Virus record (IMG/VR): IMGVR_UViG_3300035092_000015
Coordinates: 1-64,000 of that record
From: a virus
Reading direction: 5' to 3' (one strand)
DNA length: 64,000 bases
The position numbers and the translations under genes are program-made. Of this stretch, positions 1 to 10,379 are shown piece after piece; the stretch's first letter is position 1, and every line of letters starts with the position of its first letter. A model generated the notes under the pieces. It made no database searches. It saw nothing but the letters and a program-made list of their open reading frames with translations, and was not told the DNA's origin.

Positions 1-1703
1 TAGACGGTGTCGAGGCGTTGAAGCTGTTCGCCAGCCTGGCCGGCGACCTGATCGGGATCCTGGGCGGGATCTCCCGGGCAGCCGGCGAAGGCGGCGGGCT
101 GTTCAGCTTCTTCGACCGGTTGAACACCTTGGTCAACTCGGTGTCTGGGCAGGCCACCTTGACCCAGCTGTTTACTGCCTTGGGCGACGCTGCGGTCGCT
201 CTGACACCGGTGTTGCTGGTCCTGTTGCAGGCGTTGGTGCCGATCCTGCAGGGGATCTCGCAGATCGCGGTCGCGTTCGCCCCCGGGCTGACCGTCGTGG
301 TGACTGCGCTGGGGCAGGCGTTGGCGGCGTTGGTCCCGGCGTTCATCGCCCTAGCGCCGTTGATGGACGTGATCGCCGAGGGGTTGATGCCGATCGCGCA
401 GATCCTGGTCGACCTGGTGGTCAACGCAGCCCCGTCTCTGACCGAGTTCTTCCGGTTGCTGGCTGACGCTTTGGCGGAGTTGGCTCCCATCGCCGCGCCG
501 GTTGGCAAAGCGCTCGGGCTGCTGGTGCTGCTCCTGTCCGACGTACTGGCTGGAGTCTTGCCGCTAGTGATCGAGCTGCTCGGGTTCCTGGCCGACGTGT
601 TGATCGTGATCCTCACCCCGCTCGAGCCGCTGGTCCGGCAGATGATCCCGATGTTGACTCTGCTGTTCCACCAACTGTTCGACGCACTCCAGCCGCTACT
701 GCCGGCGCTGTTCGCGGTGGCGATGACCCTAGCCCAGGCATTCATAGACAACAAGGACGCGATCATCACCCTGCTGGTCCAGTGGATCGACCTGTTCACT
801 ATCCTGGCGCAGAAGATGACCGGCGAGTTCGTCCAAGCCCTGACGATGATCATCCCTCTGCTGCCAGGCCTGGTCGAGAGCGGGTTGGCGTTCTCGCAGG
901 TGCTGCTCGAGCTAGCCCAAACCTTGATGCCGTTGATCATGCTGTTCCTGGACCTGACCAACAACGGCGAAGCATGGCGGATCTTGCTGCTGGCGTTCAT
1001 CGGCTGGTCGATCATCGCGACGAACGTCATCCAGCTGTTCATCACCTGGCTGCGGGCCCTGTACGAGATCTTCAGGTTGATCATCCAGGTCCTGGACTGG
1101 GTGATCGAACAGATCAAGCGGTTCGTCAGCTGGGTCACCTCCGGGTTCAGCCAGATCAGCAGCGCGATCGGGGGGGCGTTGCACAACGCCTACCAGGCGA
1201 TCCTGAACTTCGGGGTCAACATGTACAACGCCGGGGCCAACCTGATCTCCCAGCTGATCGGCGGGATCAAGTCGATGCTCGGCCCGGTCGGCAACGCAGT
1301 CGGCGCCATCGTTCAAAGGGCGAAGGACTACTTCAACTGGAGCCCCGCGAAACGCGGCCCGCTGTCCGGACGCGGCGACATGCGCTACGCCGGGCAGAAC
1401 CTGGTCGGGCGGCTGGTTGAGGGCGTCCAGCAGGGCATGACCGAGGCGGAGCAAGCCGCCGCGACCCTCGCCGGGCTGTTCGGGGTCGGCGGGGCTGGAA
1501 GGTTTGCGTTCGCCGGAGTAGGCGGCGCAGCAGGCGGGCAGCCACGGCCGATCTACGCGTTCGTTCAGATCGGCGAACGGCCGGTCAAGGAGATGGTGGA
1601 GGCCACAATCCTGGACAACCCGGAGGCGGTCGCCAAGGCCACCAGCGAGGGCAACCGGCAGGACGCGGCTATCACTGGGCGGAAACGGATCGGTGACACG
1701 TGA
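1..1703 (+). CDS. Tape measure protein, C-terminal part (5'-truncated by window)
   Basis: Frame is open from the window edge. Long amphipathic Ala/Leu-rich helical repeats, C-terminal SPAKRGPLSG motif typical of actinophage TMPs, upstream of minor tail genes. Confidence 0.8.
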   Translation, partial: DGVEALKLFASLAGDLIGILGGISRAAGEGGGLFSFFDRLNTLVNSVSGQATLTQLFTALGDAAVALTPVLLVLLQALVPILQGISQIAVAFAPGLTVVVTALGQALAALVPAFIALAPLMDVIAEGLMPIAQILVDLVVNAAPSLTEFFRLLADALAELAPIAAPVGKALGLLVLLLSDVLAGVLPLVIELLGFLADVLIVILTPLEPLVRQMIPMLTLLFHQLFDALQPLLPALFAVAMTLAQAFIDNKDAIITLLVQWIDLFTILAQKMTGEFVQALTMIIPLLPGLVESGLAFSQVLLELAQTLMPLIMLFLDLTNNGEAWRILLLAFIGWSIIATNVIQLFITWLRALYEIFRLIIQVLDWVIEQIKRFVSWVTSGFSQISSAIGGALHNAYQAILNFGVNMYNAGANLISQLIGGIKSMLGPVGNAVGAIVQRAKDYFNWSPAKRGPLSGRGDMRYAGQNLVGRLVEGVQQGMTEAEQAAATLAGLFGVGGAGRFAFAGVGGAAGGQPRPIYAFVQIGERPVKEMVEATILDNPEAVAKATSEGNRQDAAITGRKRIGDT

Positions 1704-3925
1704 CCGGTGAGATGTACTTCGGGACCCCCGGGTCTTTAATCGAGATCCCCCACCCTCGGGGCGGAGTCCAGACCAGCAGGATCCGGCCGAACTCGACGTT
1801 CCAGACCGCGTCGGGTGGGGCCCGGTTCGGCAAGACTGTCAACGGTAAACGGAAGTTCACCCTGAACTATGAGCGGCTGTTCCTGGACACCTACGCCGAC
1901 CTGCTGCAATACGAGCAGGGCCACATGGGGCCGGGGCCGTTCGTGCTACACGACCCGTCCGCGACCAACTGGCTGACCCCGAACCAGGCCGCTGCGACCT
2001 CGCTGCGTAACGACCCACTAGGGTTTACCGTCGACACGTGCTCGTACACCGTCTACGACAACTACACCCGGTCGGCAGCGTCTGGGTGGGGCACTTCGAC
2101 TTCCGGGCATGCTTGGACCACCGTGTTGACTGCCGGTGCGATCGCTGCATCGGTGTCGGTGAACGGCACCCAGGGGCAGGTTGCGCACAACGTCTTGGCG
2201 GCCGACTACACCCTGCTGCAGCCCGGGATCTACGTCGACACCTATCAGGAAGTCGACATCTCCGTCCCGCTGTACGTCTCCCAGACCAGCCCGTTGCAGT
2301 GGTTCGAGGGTTCGCCGACCTCCGGCGAATGCGACACCCTGTTGATGGCGCGGTACGTCGACGCCAACAACTACTATCGGGTGTTCTGTTCGTTCCAGTC
2401 GAACGGGTTCGTGTCGATCTACCTGGATGAGCTGCTGGCCAGTTCCAGCACCGCCCTGGATAGCGAACTGAACGCGATCGCGTACGAACCGGGCCGGCCG
2501 TTGCGGCTCGGGCTGGAGGTCAGCGGCGACACGATCCGCGCGAAGGTGTGGGACCCGTCGGCCGGGTCTCCGCCTGAGGCTTGGACAGTCACCTCGAACC
2601 TGGCGACGAAGATCTTCAACGGCCAATGCGGGATCCGGACTAGGACCGAGCCTGGCAACAACAACACCTACCCATTCACGGTCAGCTTCGACAACTACAT
2701 GCTGCAGCGGTGCGATGCGTCGCTGATCGCGTATGACAACTACACCCGGACTATCTCCGGGTCGTGGGGGACCGCCGATGATTCTGTCCACTCGTGGGGG
2801 TCGTTGACCGGTGCGCCGAACGCGTTCAACGTCAACGGGACCACCGGGCGGATCACCCTGATCGGTTCGGCCAACACCACCTACAACGCCACGTTGGCGA
2901 CCTTCTCCGAGTTCAACATGCGCCTGCAGCTGACCAACACCTGCTCGGCCACCCCGACTGGCGCCAGCATCACCACCAACATCGACTTCCCCTACGTCGA
3001 CACCAACAACTACTACCGGCTGCAGATCGTCCGGACCACCTCCAACACGGTCACGGTCGAACTGATCAAGGTGATCGGCGGGGTCACCACCAGCCTCGAC
3101 GGGGTGGATACTGTCTCCGGGGTGAACGCTACCTCCAACCTGTCGATTGAGATGGTCCGGGATGCGGGCGAGATCGGCGGGCATGAGCAGGTTTACTGCC
3201 GGGTGTGGCTCGCCACAGCGGCTAAACCGACTGGGGTCACCCTGTTCTCCACCGATACCGAGTTAACCGGGAAGGGCAGTCTGCGGCTTGGCGCGATCCG
3301 CAACACCTCCAACACCAACACCAACCCGGTGGTCACGTTCGATAGTGTCAGCGTCGACTATCTGACCCCGCCGTCGGTTCTGTCGTCGACCCCGACCCCG
3401 GTCAACCGGGGGCCACGGGCGCTCGAGTGGATCCACAGCGGGGTGACCGGGCTGCAAGTCCCCTGGCTGACCATCGACCCGCCGGTCCGCGAATGGCCCG
3501 GGATCCCGGTCATCTCCAACCAGGCGATCATCTTGTCGATGCAGGTTCGAGGCGGCGGGGCCGACGCGATCGTCACCCTCACCCCGAAGCTGGTCTGGTT
3601 GAACTACAACTGGTGCCCGGTCTCGATCACCTCCGGCACCCCGGTCGTGACCTCGACCAGCTACGCCTCCATGACCGTATCTGGGACCCCACCGTCGGGG
3701 GCGGCGTACGTGGTGTGCGTGGTGGAGGCGACCTCTGGGCTGTCGGCCGGGTCGATCATCTACCTGGACCAGTTCCAGCTGGAACGCGGCTCGAGCGTCA
3801 CCGAATGGCGACCTGGTACCGGGATCTTTCCGGTGGCGTTGGTGTCGCTGAACGAGCAGTGGCCGTGGCTGGCGTGGGACTACCGCGAATCGGCGACGTT
3901 GGTGTTGCAGGAGACGGGGCCGTAA
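1700..3925 (+). CDS. Minor tail protein (distal-tail-like) with inserted beta-rich/lectin-like repeats
   Basis: Directly follows TMP. Two internal repeats starting YDNYTR..SG.WGT..H.W, Thr/Ser/Asn-rich, CBM-like C-terminus (YLDQFQLE). Confidence 0.7.
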   Translation: MTGEMYFGTPGSLIEIPHPRGGVQTSRIRPNSTFQTASGGARFGKTVNGKRKFTLNYERLFLDTYADLLQYEQGHMGPGPFVLHDPSATNWLTPNQAAATSLRNDPLGFTVDTCSYTVYDNYTRSAASGWGTSTSGHAWTTVLTAGAIAASVSVNGTQGQVAHNVLAADYTLLQPGIYVDTYQEVDISVPLYVSQTSPLQWFEGSPTSGECDTLLMARYVDANNYYRVFCSFQSNGFVSIYLDELLASSSTALDSELNAIAYEPGRPLRLGLEVSGDTIRAKVWDPSAGSPPEAWTVTSNLATKIFNGQCGIRTRTEPGNNNTYPFTVSFDNYMLQRCDASLIAYDNYTRTISGSWGTADDSVHSWGSLTGAPNAFNVNGTTGRITLIGSANTTYNATLATFSEFNMRLQLTNTCSATPTGASITTNIDFPYVDTNNYYRLQIVRTTSNTVTVELIKVIGGVTTSLDGVDTVSGVNATSNLSIEMVRDAGEIGGHEQVYCRVWLATAAKPTGVTLFSTDTELTGKGSLRLGAIRNTSNTNTNPVVTFDSVSVDYLTPPSVLSSTPTPVNRGPRALEWIHSGVTGLQVPWLTIDPPVREWPGIPVISNQAIILSMQVRGGGADAIVTLTPKLVWLNYNWCPVSITSGTPVVTSTSYASMTVSGTPPSGAAYVVCVVEATSGLSAGSIIYLDQFQLERGSSVTEWRPGTGIFPVALVSLNEQWPWLAWDYRESATLVLQETGP

Positions 3926-3926
3926 G

Positions 3927-6425
3927 ATGCAGACCAGTCTGATCACCCTCGGGCAGGCGTTGCGGGCCGGCGCGGTCACCTGGGATCCGCTGCTGTACGC
4001 CGACTGGGCCGACGATGGGTACGGCGAACGCGGGTCGATCGACGACCTGTCTGGCCAGGCCGGTTCGATCCAGGTGGCCCACTCGATGGACGACGGGATG
4101 CCCGACGAGGTGTCGTTCCTGTCCGGTGGGGTCCCGACACTGCGGACCAACCTGGCCGGCCGGGAGCCGCTGGACGGCACCGAGTATTTCTCGCCGTTCC
4201 GGACCGACTCGCCGATCTTCGGGTATGACCGGGACGTTGCCGGTGTGAAGCTGGACATTGCTGCTGTCACAGCGGAAGGCATGGAAGACATCCGGGTGTT
4301 CACCGGGATCATGCGCGACACGCCTGTGCAGGGTGGGCGGGCCAGTCTCCAGGCTGCGTCGGAGGCCCGGGTCCGGATGAGTACGGTCGTCCAGCCGCAG
4401 GCGAAGGCCCGCTCGAGTGGCGCCGACTCCGGGATCGTGTTCGGGTTGACTGCCACCCATCCGGTCACCTGGGCGCTACACAAGGCGGGCATGGATGCTT
4501 CGCCGCCGCACCCCGACGAGGGGGTGATCTTGTGGATGCCCCTGCACGGCAGTGGCCATGCCTACCATCCTGAGACCAACATGGACATGCAGCAGAACCC
4601 CGACGGGATGCTGCACGCCTACACTGTCAGCACTGCGCACGGCGAGGATCTGCAAGCAGAGCCGGTTTGGATCCGGGGACCGTATGCCGGCGCGTCGTTC
4701 GCCGAGGTCACAACCGACGTGGTGCGGGCGTTCTGGGGCGGGACCTTCAACTTCAACGCCGCCAATGTCCCGAAGATCTGCGGGATCGCCGACGACGGCC
4801 AGGCGTTGATGATGTCCCGCGATGCCTACGACGCTGCTGCTGTCACCCGGCTGGAGTTCTGGGTCCGGGGCGATGTCGCCGCGAACGTCAACACCACCCC
4901 CTCCGGGTCGGCGATCTTCGCCGACACCCACAGTATCTACACCGGCAAGTCGGCTGCGTACGTCAGCCTCAGCATGCGGTATGACCTGTCGCTGTCTGGG
5001 TTTGCGATGGGGATCGACTCGAGCCGCAACCTGTACATCTCCACCTGGGACAACACCGCCCAGAACCACAAACGGACTGGCCCGGCGTTGCCGTCGGACG
5101 GCGAATGGCACTTCGTCGGGTTGGCGTTCAGCCCGGCAGGCAACAAGGTCTGGTTTAACCTGGACGGGGCAGTCACCACCAACACCATCTCCCCCTCGAT
5201 CGTGCGGGCCAACCTGCCCGCGTCTGACTACACCGTCGACAACGTACTGACGATCAACACGTTCCTACCAGTCGCGGAGTTCCTGCTCACCGGATACCCA
5301 ATCGACTCGGATTTCCCCACCATCGCCAACCCGGACACCGGCAACGCCTGGCTCAACGACCAGGGCTGGGAGCAGCGTTCGTTCGTCTACCCGTCGTGTC
5401 TGCAGCTGGAGACCCTGTCCGACCCGACCCCGAGCGAGGTGTGGCAGCTGATCGCCTCCTACGCCAGGGCCGAATATGCGGCGATGACCATCGACGAACA
5501 CGACCAGTTCCACTACTGGCCACGCGGGTATTTCGCCACCGTCGCCGGGCAGACCGTCGCGCAGGAGTTGACCTCCGATTACGACACCGCCATCCCGCAG
5601 GTCGACCTGGACCACACCAGGATCCGTACGATCTGCCGGGTGTCGTACCAGCAAACCCGGGTAGCGCAGATCGTCAACACCGAGGTGGTCGAGGTCCGGG
5701 AGTTCGTGGCGTTCCCGCCCGGGATCACCGAGTTCCAGGTCGCGTTCGATCACACAGCAGTCGGGGTGTTGGGCGGGCCGATGGAGTTGTTGACCGCGAC
5801 CCAGGTCGGCGGGGGCGGTTTGAACCCGCAACGCAGCTACCTGTCGCTGGCGTTGGACGCCGATGCGATCTCCGGCTATGCGACTTCAACTGAGGCCGAG
5901 GCCACCATCCTGGATTGGTGGGCTGGTGGCGCGGTGATTCAGATCGTGAACGACTATTCAGGTCCGCTGTATCTGTTCAACACCGGCGACACCTACCCGT
6001 TCCTGGGGGTGTTCGGTCGGATCGTGTCCTCGAACCGGCTGGCTGTCACCGAATCTTATGATGCCGGAGTCGATGTCCGGGGCGAGCGTGGGTTGACGTT
6101 GACGTTGGACCGGATCCAGCGGGAGATCGATGCCCGGCGGATGGCCCGGCGGATTGTGGTCCCGCAGTCGTTCCCGACTCCGGTTATCCGGTCGGTGCAG
6201 ATGTTCGGCGATCCTCGACGGCAGTCCGGCGATCTGATCCAGTATAGCGACGAGTTCAAGACCGGCGCGGCCGGGAAGTGGCGGGTCCACGCGGTTGGGC
6301 ACACCGTCGACGGGGCCAGTTACACTCAGGAGGTCGCCGCCCAACGGGCGGAGTTGGTCGGGACGTGGGGCGACGGGGTGTCGACCTGGGGCAGCGGTGT
6401 CTGGGCCGGGCTGGAGGAGGCGTAA
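3927..6425 (+). CDS. Minor tail protein (hub/Tal-like) with LamG-like segment
   Basis: Position in tail module, DGEWHFVGLAF..WFNLDG LamG-like motif, C-terminal GDPRRQSGDLI hub motif. Confidence 0.7.
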   Translation: MQTSLITLGQALRAGAVTWDPLLYADWADDGYGERGSIDDLSGQAGSIQVAHSMDDGMPDEVSFLSGGVPTLRTNLAGREPLDGTEYFSPFRTDSPIFGYDRDVAGVKLDIAAVTAEGMEDIRVFTGIMRDTPVQGGRASLQAASEARVRMSTVVQPQAKARSSGADSGIVFGLTATHPVTWALHKAGMDASPPHPDEGVILWMPLHGSGHAYHPETNMDMQQNPDGMLHAYTVSTAHGEDLQAEPVWIRGPYAGASFAEVTTDVVRAFWGGTFNFNAANVPKICGIADDGQALMMSRDAYDAAAVTRLEFWVRGDVAANVNTTPSGSAIFADTHSIYTGKSAAYVSLSMRYDLSLSGFAMGIDSSRNLYISTWDNTAQNHKRTGPALPSDGEWHFVGLAFSPAGNKVWFNLDGAVTTNTISPSIVRANLPASDYTVDNVLTINTFLPVAEFLLTGYPIDSDFPTIANPDTGNAWLNDQGWEQRSFVYPSCLQLETLSDPTPSEVWQLIASYARAEYAAMTIDEHDQFHYWPRGYFATVAGQTVAQELTSDYDTAIPQVDLDHTRIRTICRVSYQQTRVAQIVNTEVVEVREFVAFPPGITEFQVAFDHTAVGVLGGPMELLTATQVGGGGLNPQRSYLSLALDADAISGYATSTEAEATILDWWAGGAVIQIVNDYSGPLYLFNTGDTYPFLGVFGRIVSSNRLAVTESYDAGVDVRGERGLTLTLDRIQREIDARRMARRIVVPQSFPTPVIRSVQMFGDPRRQSGDLIQYSDEFKTGAAGKWRVHAVGHTVDGASYTQEVAAQRAELVGTWGDGVSTWGSGVWAGLEEA

Positions 6426-6905
6426 ATGACGATCGTTGCTCCGGTCGACGGCGACCCGATCGACCCGCAGTGGGCGCAGGACATCACCGATCTGGTCAAC
6501 TCGCTGGATGTGGCGAGCCAGGCCGAGTCGGCGGTCTGGTCGGTCTACGTCCCGACTTGGACCAACGGCGGCAGTATCGGCAACGGCACTTTGACCGGCC
6601 GATACAAGCAGGTCGGGAAGACGGTCCGGCTGAAGATCTACTTCTTGGCCGGGTCGACCACCACATTTGGGGCTGGGGTGTGGTCCTGGAGTTTGCCGGT
6701 CACAGCGCTGGTCACTGCACGCGACTGCGGCTCGGTGTACATGCTGGACGCGGGGACGGCGAACCGCAGCGGGTCGTGCCTGTTGAACACCACCACCTCG
6801 GTGTTCGCGGTCTCGTCGGCCGACGGCGATGTCAGCCCGACCGTCCCGCAGACGTGGGCGGTCAACGATGCGCTGGTCATCGGCATCACCTACGAAGCAG
6901 CGTAA
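6426..6905 (+). CDS. Small tail fibre/tip protein
   Basis: GNGTLTGRYKQVGKTV...WSLPV motif common in actinophage tail-tip proteins. Confidence 0.55.
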   Translation: MTIVAPVDGDPIDPQWAQDITDLVNSLDVASQAESAVWSVYVPTWTNGGSIGNGTLTGRYKQVGKTVRLKIYFLAGSTTTFGAGVWSWSLPVTALVTARDCGSVYMLDAGTANRSGSCLLNTTTSVFAVSSADGDVSPTVPQTWAVNDALVIGITYEAA

Positions 6906-6919
6906 GAGAGGGGTCGGGG

Positions 6920-7213
6920 ATGGTCGAGTTTGTCGCCCTGCCAACGGGGGGGCAGTACATGGCCGAGGGGCACGGTCAGGCCGAGAAGGACCTGCGGGAC
7001 GGGTTGGCTGCTACGCTGGGGGATGTGCAGCAGGCCAACACGGCGGTACTGGCAGAGGCGTGGTACGCCGACGGGCATGGGTTCGGCCACGACTGCGCAC
7101 AACACCAGGACGTCGACCAGTCGCAGTGGGCGCCGGGCTGTCACGACGGGGGGTTCCGGCCGGTGACGGTCGCTACCGTGTGGTCGGCCCCGGGGGGAGT
7201 GAGGCGAGCATGA
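6920..7213 (+). CDS. Hypothetical protein
   Basis: ATG after purine-rich RBS, fills gap between tail and lysis genes. Confidence 0.5.
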   Translation: MVEFVALPTGGQYMAEGHGQAEKDLRDGLAATLGDVQQANTAVLAEAWYADGHGFGHDCAQHQDVDQSQWAPGCHDGGFRPVTVATVWSAPGGVRRA

Positions 7214-7371
7214 CACAGCAGCTCGAGCCGGACCGGCCGGTCCGGACTGACGAGACGATCGCCGAGATGTTCCCCGATCGGGGTGAGTTCCCTGGCAACG
7301 AGGTGACCGTTGACCCGGACGCCCAGCCGGTGCCCGATATCGGGCACCCGGGGGGTCGCCGCGATGAGTGA
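7210..7371 (+). CDS. Small acidic hypothetical protein
   Basis: ATGA overlap with the upstream gene and short overlap with the endolysin start. Confidence 0.45.
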   Translation: MTQQLEPDRPVRTDETIAEMFPDRGEFPGNEVTVDPDAQPVPDIGHPGGRRDE

Positions 7372-8266
7372 ACAGATCCTGTGGGTCGGGTATCCACGTT
7401 CGTACACTCCCGGCCGGGCGAGGGCGCCGCAGTACGTGTGCCTGCACGGGACCGCCGGCAACGAGGGACCGTCCTCGGCCGAGAACGGCGCCCAATACGA
7501 TAAGACCCGCACCGACGGGACCTCGTGCCACTATTTCGTCGACTCGTCTGGGCCGGCGTTGCAGGAGGTCCCAGACGGGGACCGGTCCCATTCGGCGTAT
7601 TTCGTCGGCAACGAGATCGGGATCCACGTCGAGATCTGCGGGTTACCGCAGACCCGCGAGCAGTGGCTCGACCCGGTGTCGTACGCCACCCTGCAGACAG
7701 CAGCTTGGTTGACCCGGACGTTGTGCCAGCGGCACGGGTTCGCGTTGAAGAAGATGACCGTCGACGAGGTGTACCGCGCGTACTACGACCCGGCCGGGTC
7801 CCGGCCGACCGGGTATTGCCAACACGCGGATGTCACCTACGCCTACGGGGCGGGGGACCACCTGGACCTGTGGGACGGGTTCCCGTGGGATGTGTTCAAC
7901 AAGCTTGTGGCCGGCGAGGCGCAGAGGAGGAACGACGTGGGTACCCTGATGATTGCGAAGTCCAACGCAGGCCCGAACGGGGAGGACACCCCCAGCACCA
8001 GGTGGTGGGTCGGCGACGGGATCTACCACCGCGAGACCGACAAGTCCAGCGCCGCCAACCTGCTCGGTGCGATCAAACTGTTCTATGGCGACCCGCGTGC
8101 TGAGATCCTGTCGTGGGGCGACTCGTCCCCGGCGGCGGTGCAGAAGGTCATCGGGTCGATCCCGGCCGGCACCGGCGGCGGCGGTGGCGGCACGATCGCC
8201 CCGTTGACGTTCGACCAGACGGTGGAGGCTGCCCGGTTGGGTGCCAACGCGGCTGAAGACAGCTAA
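7364..8266 (+). CDS. Endolysin, N-acetylmuramoyl-L-alanine amidase (Amidase_2-like)
   Basis: LHGTAG, SCHYFVD, GIHVEICG, HADV and DHLD Zn-amidase motifs, followed by membrane-protein genes. Confidence 0.85.
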   Translation: MSEQILWVGYPRSYTPGRARAPQYVCLHGTAGNEGPSSAENGAQYDKTRTDGTSCHYFVDSSGPALQEVPDGDRSHSAYFVGNEIGIHVEICGLPQTREQWLDPVSYATLQTAAWLTRTLCQRHGFALKKMTVDEVYRAYYDPAGSRPTGYCQHADVTYAYGAGDHLDLWDGFPWDVFNKLVAGEAQRRNDVGTLMIAKSNAGPNGEDTPSTRWWVGDGIYHRETDKSSAANLLGAIKLFYGDPRAEILSWGDSSPAAVQKVIGSIPAGTGGGGGGTIAPLTFDQTVEAARLGANAAEDS

Positions 8267-8335
8267 CCATGGGCTCCCCCCTGGGAACGCCCCACCCGGC
8301 AGAGAGGGAGCACCTGTGGTTGACTGGAGCCGGAG

Positions 8336-8596
8336 TTGCTGAGCACCCTGGTCACCGGCGGGGTGATCGCTTCCCTGGTGGGGGCGATGATCACCCTGGT
8401 CCGGATGGCGGTCTCGGCGGAGCGCCGACGCGCCGACGACTGGCGTACCGCCGCGACCACTTCGGCCGAGGCGAACAAGGTCCTGTCGGGCAATCTCGAC
8501 AAGCTGATCAACACGGTGGACCAGATGGCCAACGCGCAGCACGAGATGATGCAACTGCTGCGGAAAGTGGCAGATGGCGGCGGGGGCCCGTCGTGA
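8336..8596 (+). CDS. Membrane-anchored coiled-coil protein of lysis cassette
   Basis: N-terminal TM helix followed by coiled coil, downstream of endolysin. Confidence 0.6.
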   Translation: MLSTLVTGGVIASLVGAMITLVRMAVSAERRRADDWRTAATTSAEANKVLSGNLDKLINTVDQMANAQHEMMQLLRKVADGGGGPS

Positions 8597-8811
8597 TGCG
8601 CTGGCCCTGGCGCGGGTGGGTGGGGAAGCACCGCAACGGCAGCGCCGCCCGCCAGGCCGTCCAGCAGGCACAGGAGTCGCTGCAGGATGCCACCCGCCAG
8701 GCGGGGCATGCCGACCAGGTGGCCGAGCGCGGCCAGGAGATCGCCAACCGGGCCAGCTGGTTTACTCAAGACATGGAACGGGCGTTGCATCTGAGACGGG
8801 GGTCAGCATGA
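8596..8811 (+). CDS. Hypothetical lysis-cassette protein
   Basis: TGATG coupling, MRWPW start, helical. Confidence 0.55.
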   Translation: MRWPWRGWVGKHRNGSAARQAVQQAQESLQDATRQAGHADQVAERGQEIANRASWFTQDMERALHLRRGSA

Positions 8812-9095
8812 GGGGGGTCCTTGGTTCCCTGATCGTCCTGTCCATCGCCGTCACGGCGTGGTTCGTGTTCCGTCTGGGCAACCCGCAACGCAGCGCCGAC
8901 CCAGCGGCGGCGTGGCTGTGGGCCCTGCTCGGCTGGGTCACGATCGCACTCGACGTCCTACTGCTGTTGGTCCTGCTGCGTGTCCGGTACCCTGCGTGGG
9001 TGGCGGCGGCGGTTCTGACAGCGCAAGACGTCATCTACGTGTGGCGGTCGGTCCGGTTGGAGAAAGCCCGCAGGGCGGACAAGGAGAGCGGCTGA
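8808..9095 (+). CDS. Putative holin (about 3 TM helices)
   Basis: Hydrophobic segments, basic C-terminus, lysis context. Confidence 0.55.
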   Translation: MRGVLGSLIVLSIAVTAWFVFRLGNPQRSADPAAAWLWALLGWVTIALDVLLLLVLLRVRYPAWVAAAVLTAQDVIYVWRSVRLEKARRADKESG

Positions 9096-9448
9096 TGGAT
9101 GTCAAGGCGTGGTTGTATGCCGGGTTGCGGACTGGCGCGCAGGCGTTGTGGGCGTTGCTGGTGGCATTCCTGGCGAAGAAAGGGATCACCCTGCCGGACG
9201 CCCTGCAGGGTTGGTTTGTCGACGTGGTGATCCTGTCGACTGTGATCGGGGCGGCGACGTCGGGGATCCGGTGGATGGAGACCCGCAAGGGCGACCAGTG
9301 GCATGCGCGGCTGTTCCGGGGGATCGCCCATGTGCTGATGCTCGGGTTGTCGGCGAAACAGCCGACCTATTCGGCGGCGGACAGCCGGGCGGCGGCGGTG
9401 GAGGTCACCCACGCCAACGGGCAGGTTGTGTCGAGCTTGCGCGAGTGA
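9095..9448 (+). CDS. Putative holin/membrane protein
   Basis: Two TM segments, LRTGAQALW motif, last gene before terminator. Confidence 0.55.
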   Translation: MDVKAWLYAGLRTGAQALWALLVAFLAKKGITLPDALQGWFVDVVILSTVIGAATSGIRWMETRKGDQWHARLFRGIAHVLMLGLSAKQPTYSAADSRAAAVEVTHANGQVVSSLRE

Positions 9449-9471
9449 TAACGTAGCTCGAGGCCAGACAC

Positions 9472-9510
9472 GCATCAGCCCCCCCGGGCGTCGACCGGGG
9501 GGGCTGATGC
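9472..9510. terminator. Strong hairpin between convergent operons (likely bidirectional terminator)
   Basis: GCATCAGCCCCCCCGG-gcgtcga-CCGGGGGGGCTGATGC perfect 16-bp stem. A second hairpin lies at about 9544-9572. Confidence 0.75.
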
Positions 9511-9697
9511 TATTCTGGGGGGGTTCCCTCGGTCTGCATTGGTGGCAGCCCCCCGCGATCCGGGGGGCTGCCGTTTAGCAGCGGACAGTGGATGGTGACC
9601 ACCCATTTGCCGTACCGGTATCGGGCCCACGCCTGCAGACCCGCGACTGCTGCCGGATCGTCGTACTCCCATTGGAATCCGCCGCCGTAGGGTCGGG

Positions 9698-10042
9698 TCA
9701 GCCGTCGCGGATCCACAGCCGGCCGTCGGTTCCTCGGACATGCCCGGTCTCGGTGTGCCCCGCGCCGAGTAGCGTCCCATACATGGACACCATCGCCTGG
9801 TGGGCGTCGCGGATCCCAAGCAGCCGCTGGTACGGGTACAGGTCCCGCAGCAGGGTCTTACCCATGTACTTCTCGTCGACGTGCGACCCGTCGTCCAACG
9901 CCATCCGGCCCTGCTGTTGGGCTGCTCCTTTCTCTGCAGCCTCAGCTTCGAATGCCTCGATCTTGGCTTGGGTCCGTTCGGCCTGGTCGGCGTGCCAGGC
10001 CATCTTCGCGAAGTTGGCGCTACGGCCGGCTATCTTCGCCAC
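9698..10042 (-). CDS. Hypothetical protein
   Basis: GGGAGG RBS before GTG, part of overlapping leftward operon. Confidence 0.55.
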   Translation of the reverse strand: MAKIAGRSANFAKMAWHADQAERTQAKIEAFEAEAAEKGAAQQQGRMALDDGSHVDEKYMGKTLLRDLYPYQRLLGIRDAHQAMVSMYGTLLGAGHTETGHVRGTDGRLWIRDG

Positions 10043-10379
10043 GGTGGGCCTCCCGGTCGTGTTCGATCAGCAGCTGGCACCAGCCGGGCAGGTCGGGCAG
10101 GAACATGGACCGGTAGGCGTCGCTGCATCGGGCCTGTCCGTCCCGGCCGTCTTTCAACACTGACACCCCGGCGAGGATGACGTAATCGACCTCGCCGTCG
10201 GTGCTGTGCACGGTGACCTCGGTGGGGCGGATCTTGTGGTTGTGGTGCCGGCGCGGGATCGGCGTCGCGCCGACGATCTGGTATTCGGTGGTCCGCTCGC
10301 GGCAGGCGTGCACCGCCTGGGCGATGACCTCCGGGGTCAGGTCGGCGTCCTGGCGCAGGGTGAACGGTTCGCCGGTCAT
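10020..10379 (-). CDS. Hypothetical protein
   Basis: Coupled ORF in leftward operon. Confidence 0.55.
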   Translation of the reverse strand: MTGEPFTLRQDADLTPEVIAQAVHACRERTTEYQIVGATPIPRRHHNHKIRPTEVTVHSTDGEVDYVILAGVSVLKDGRDGQARCSDAYRSMFLPDLPGWCQLLIEHDREAHRGEDSRP

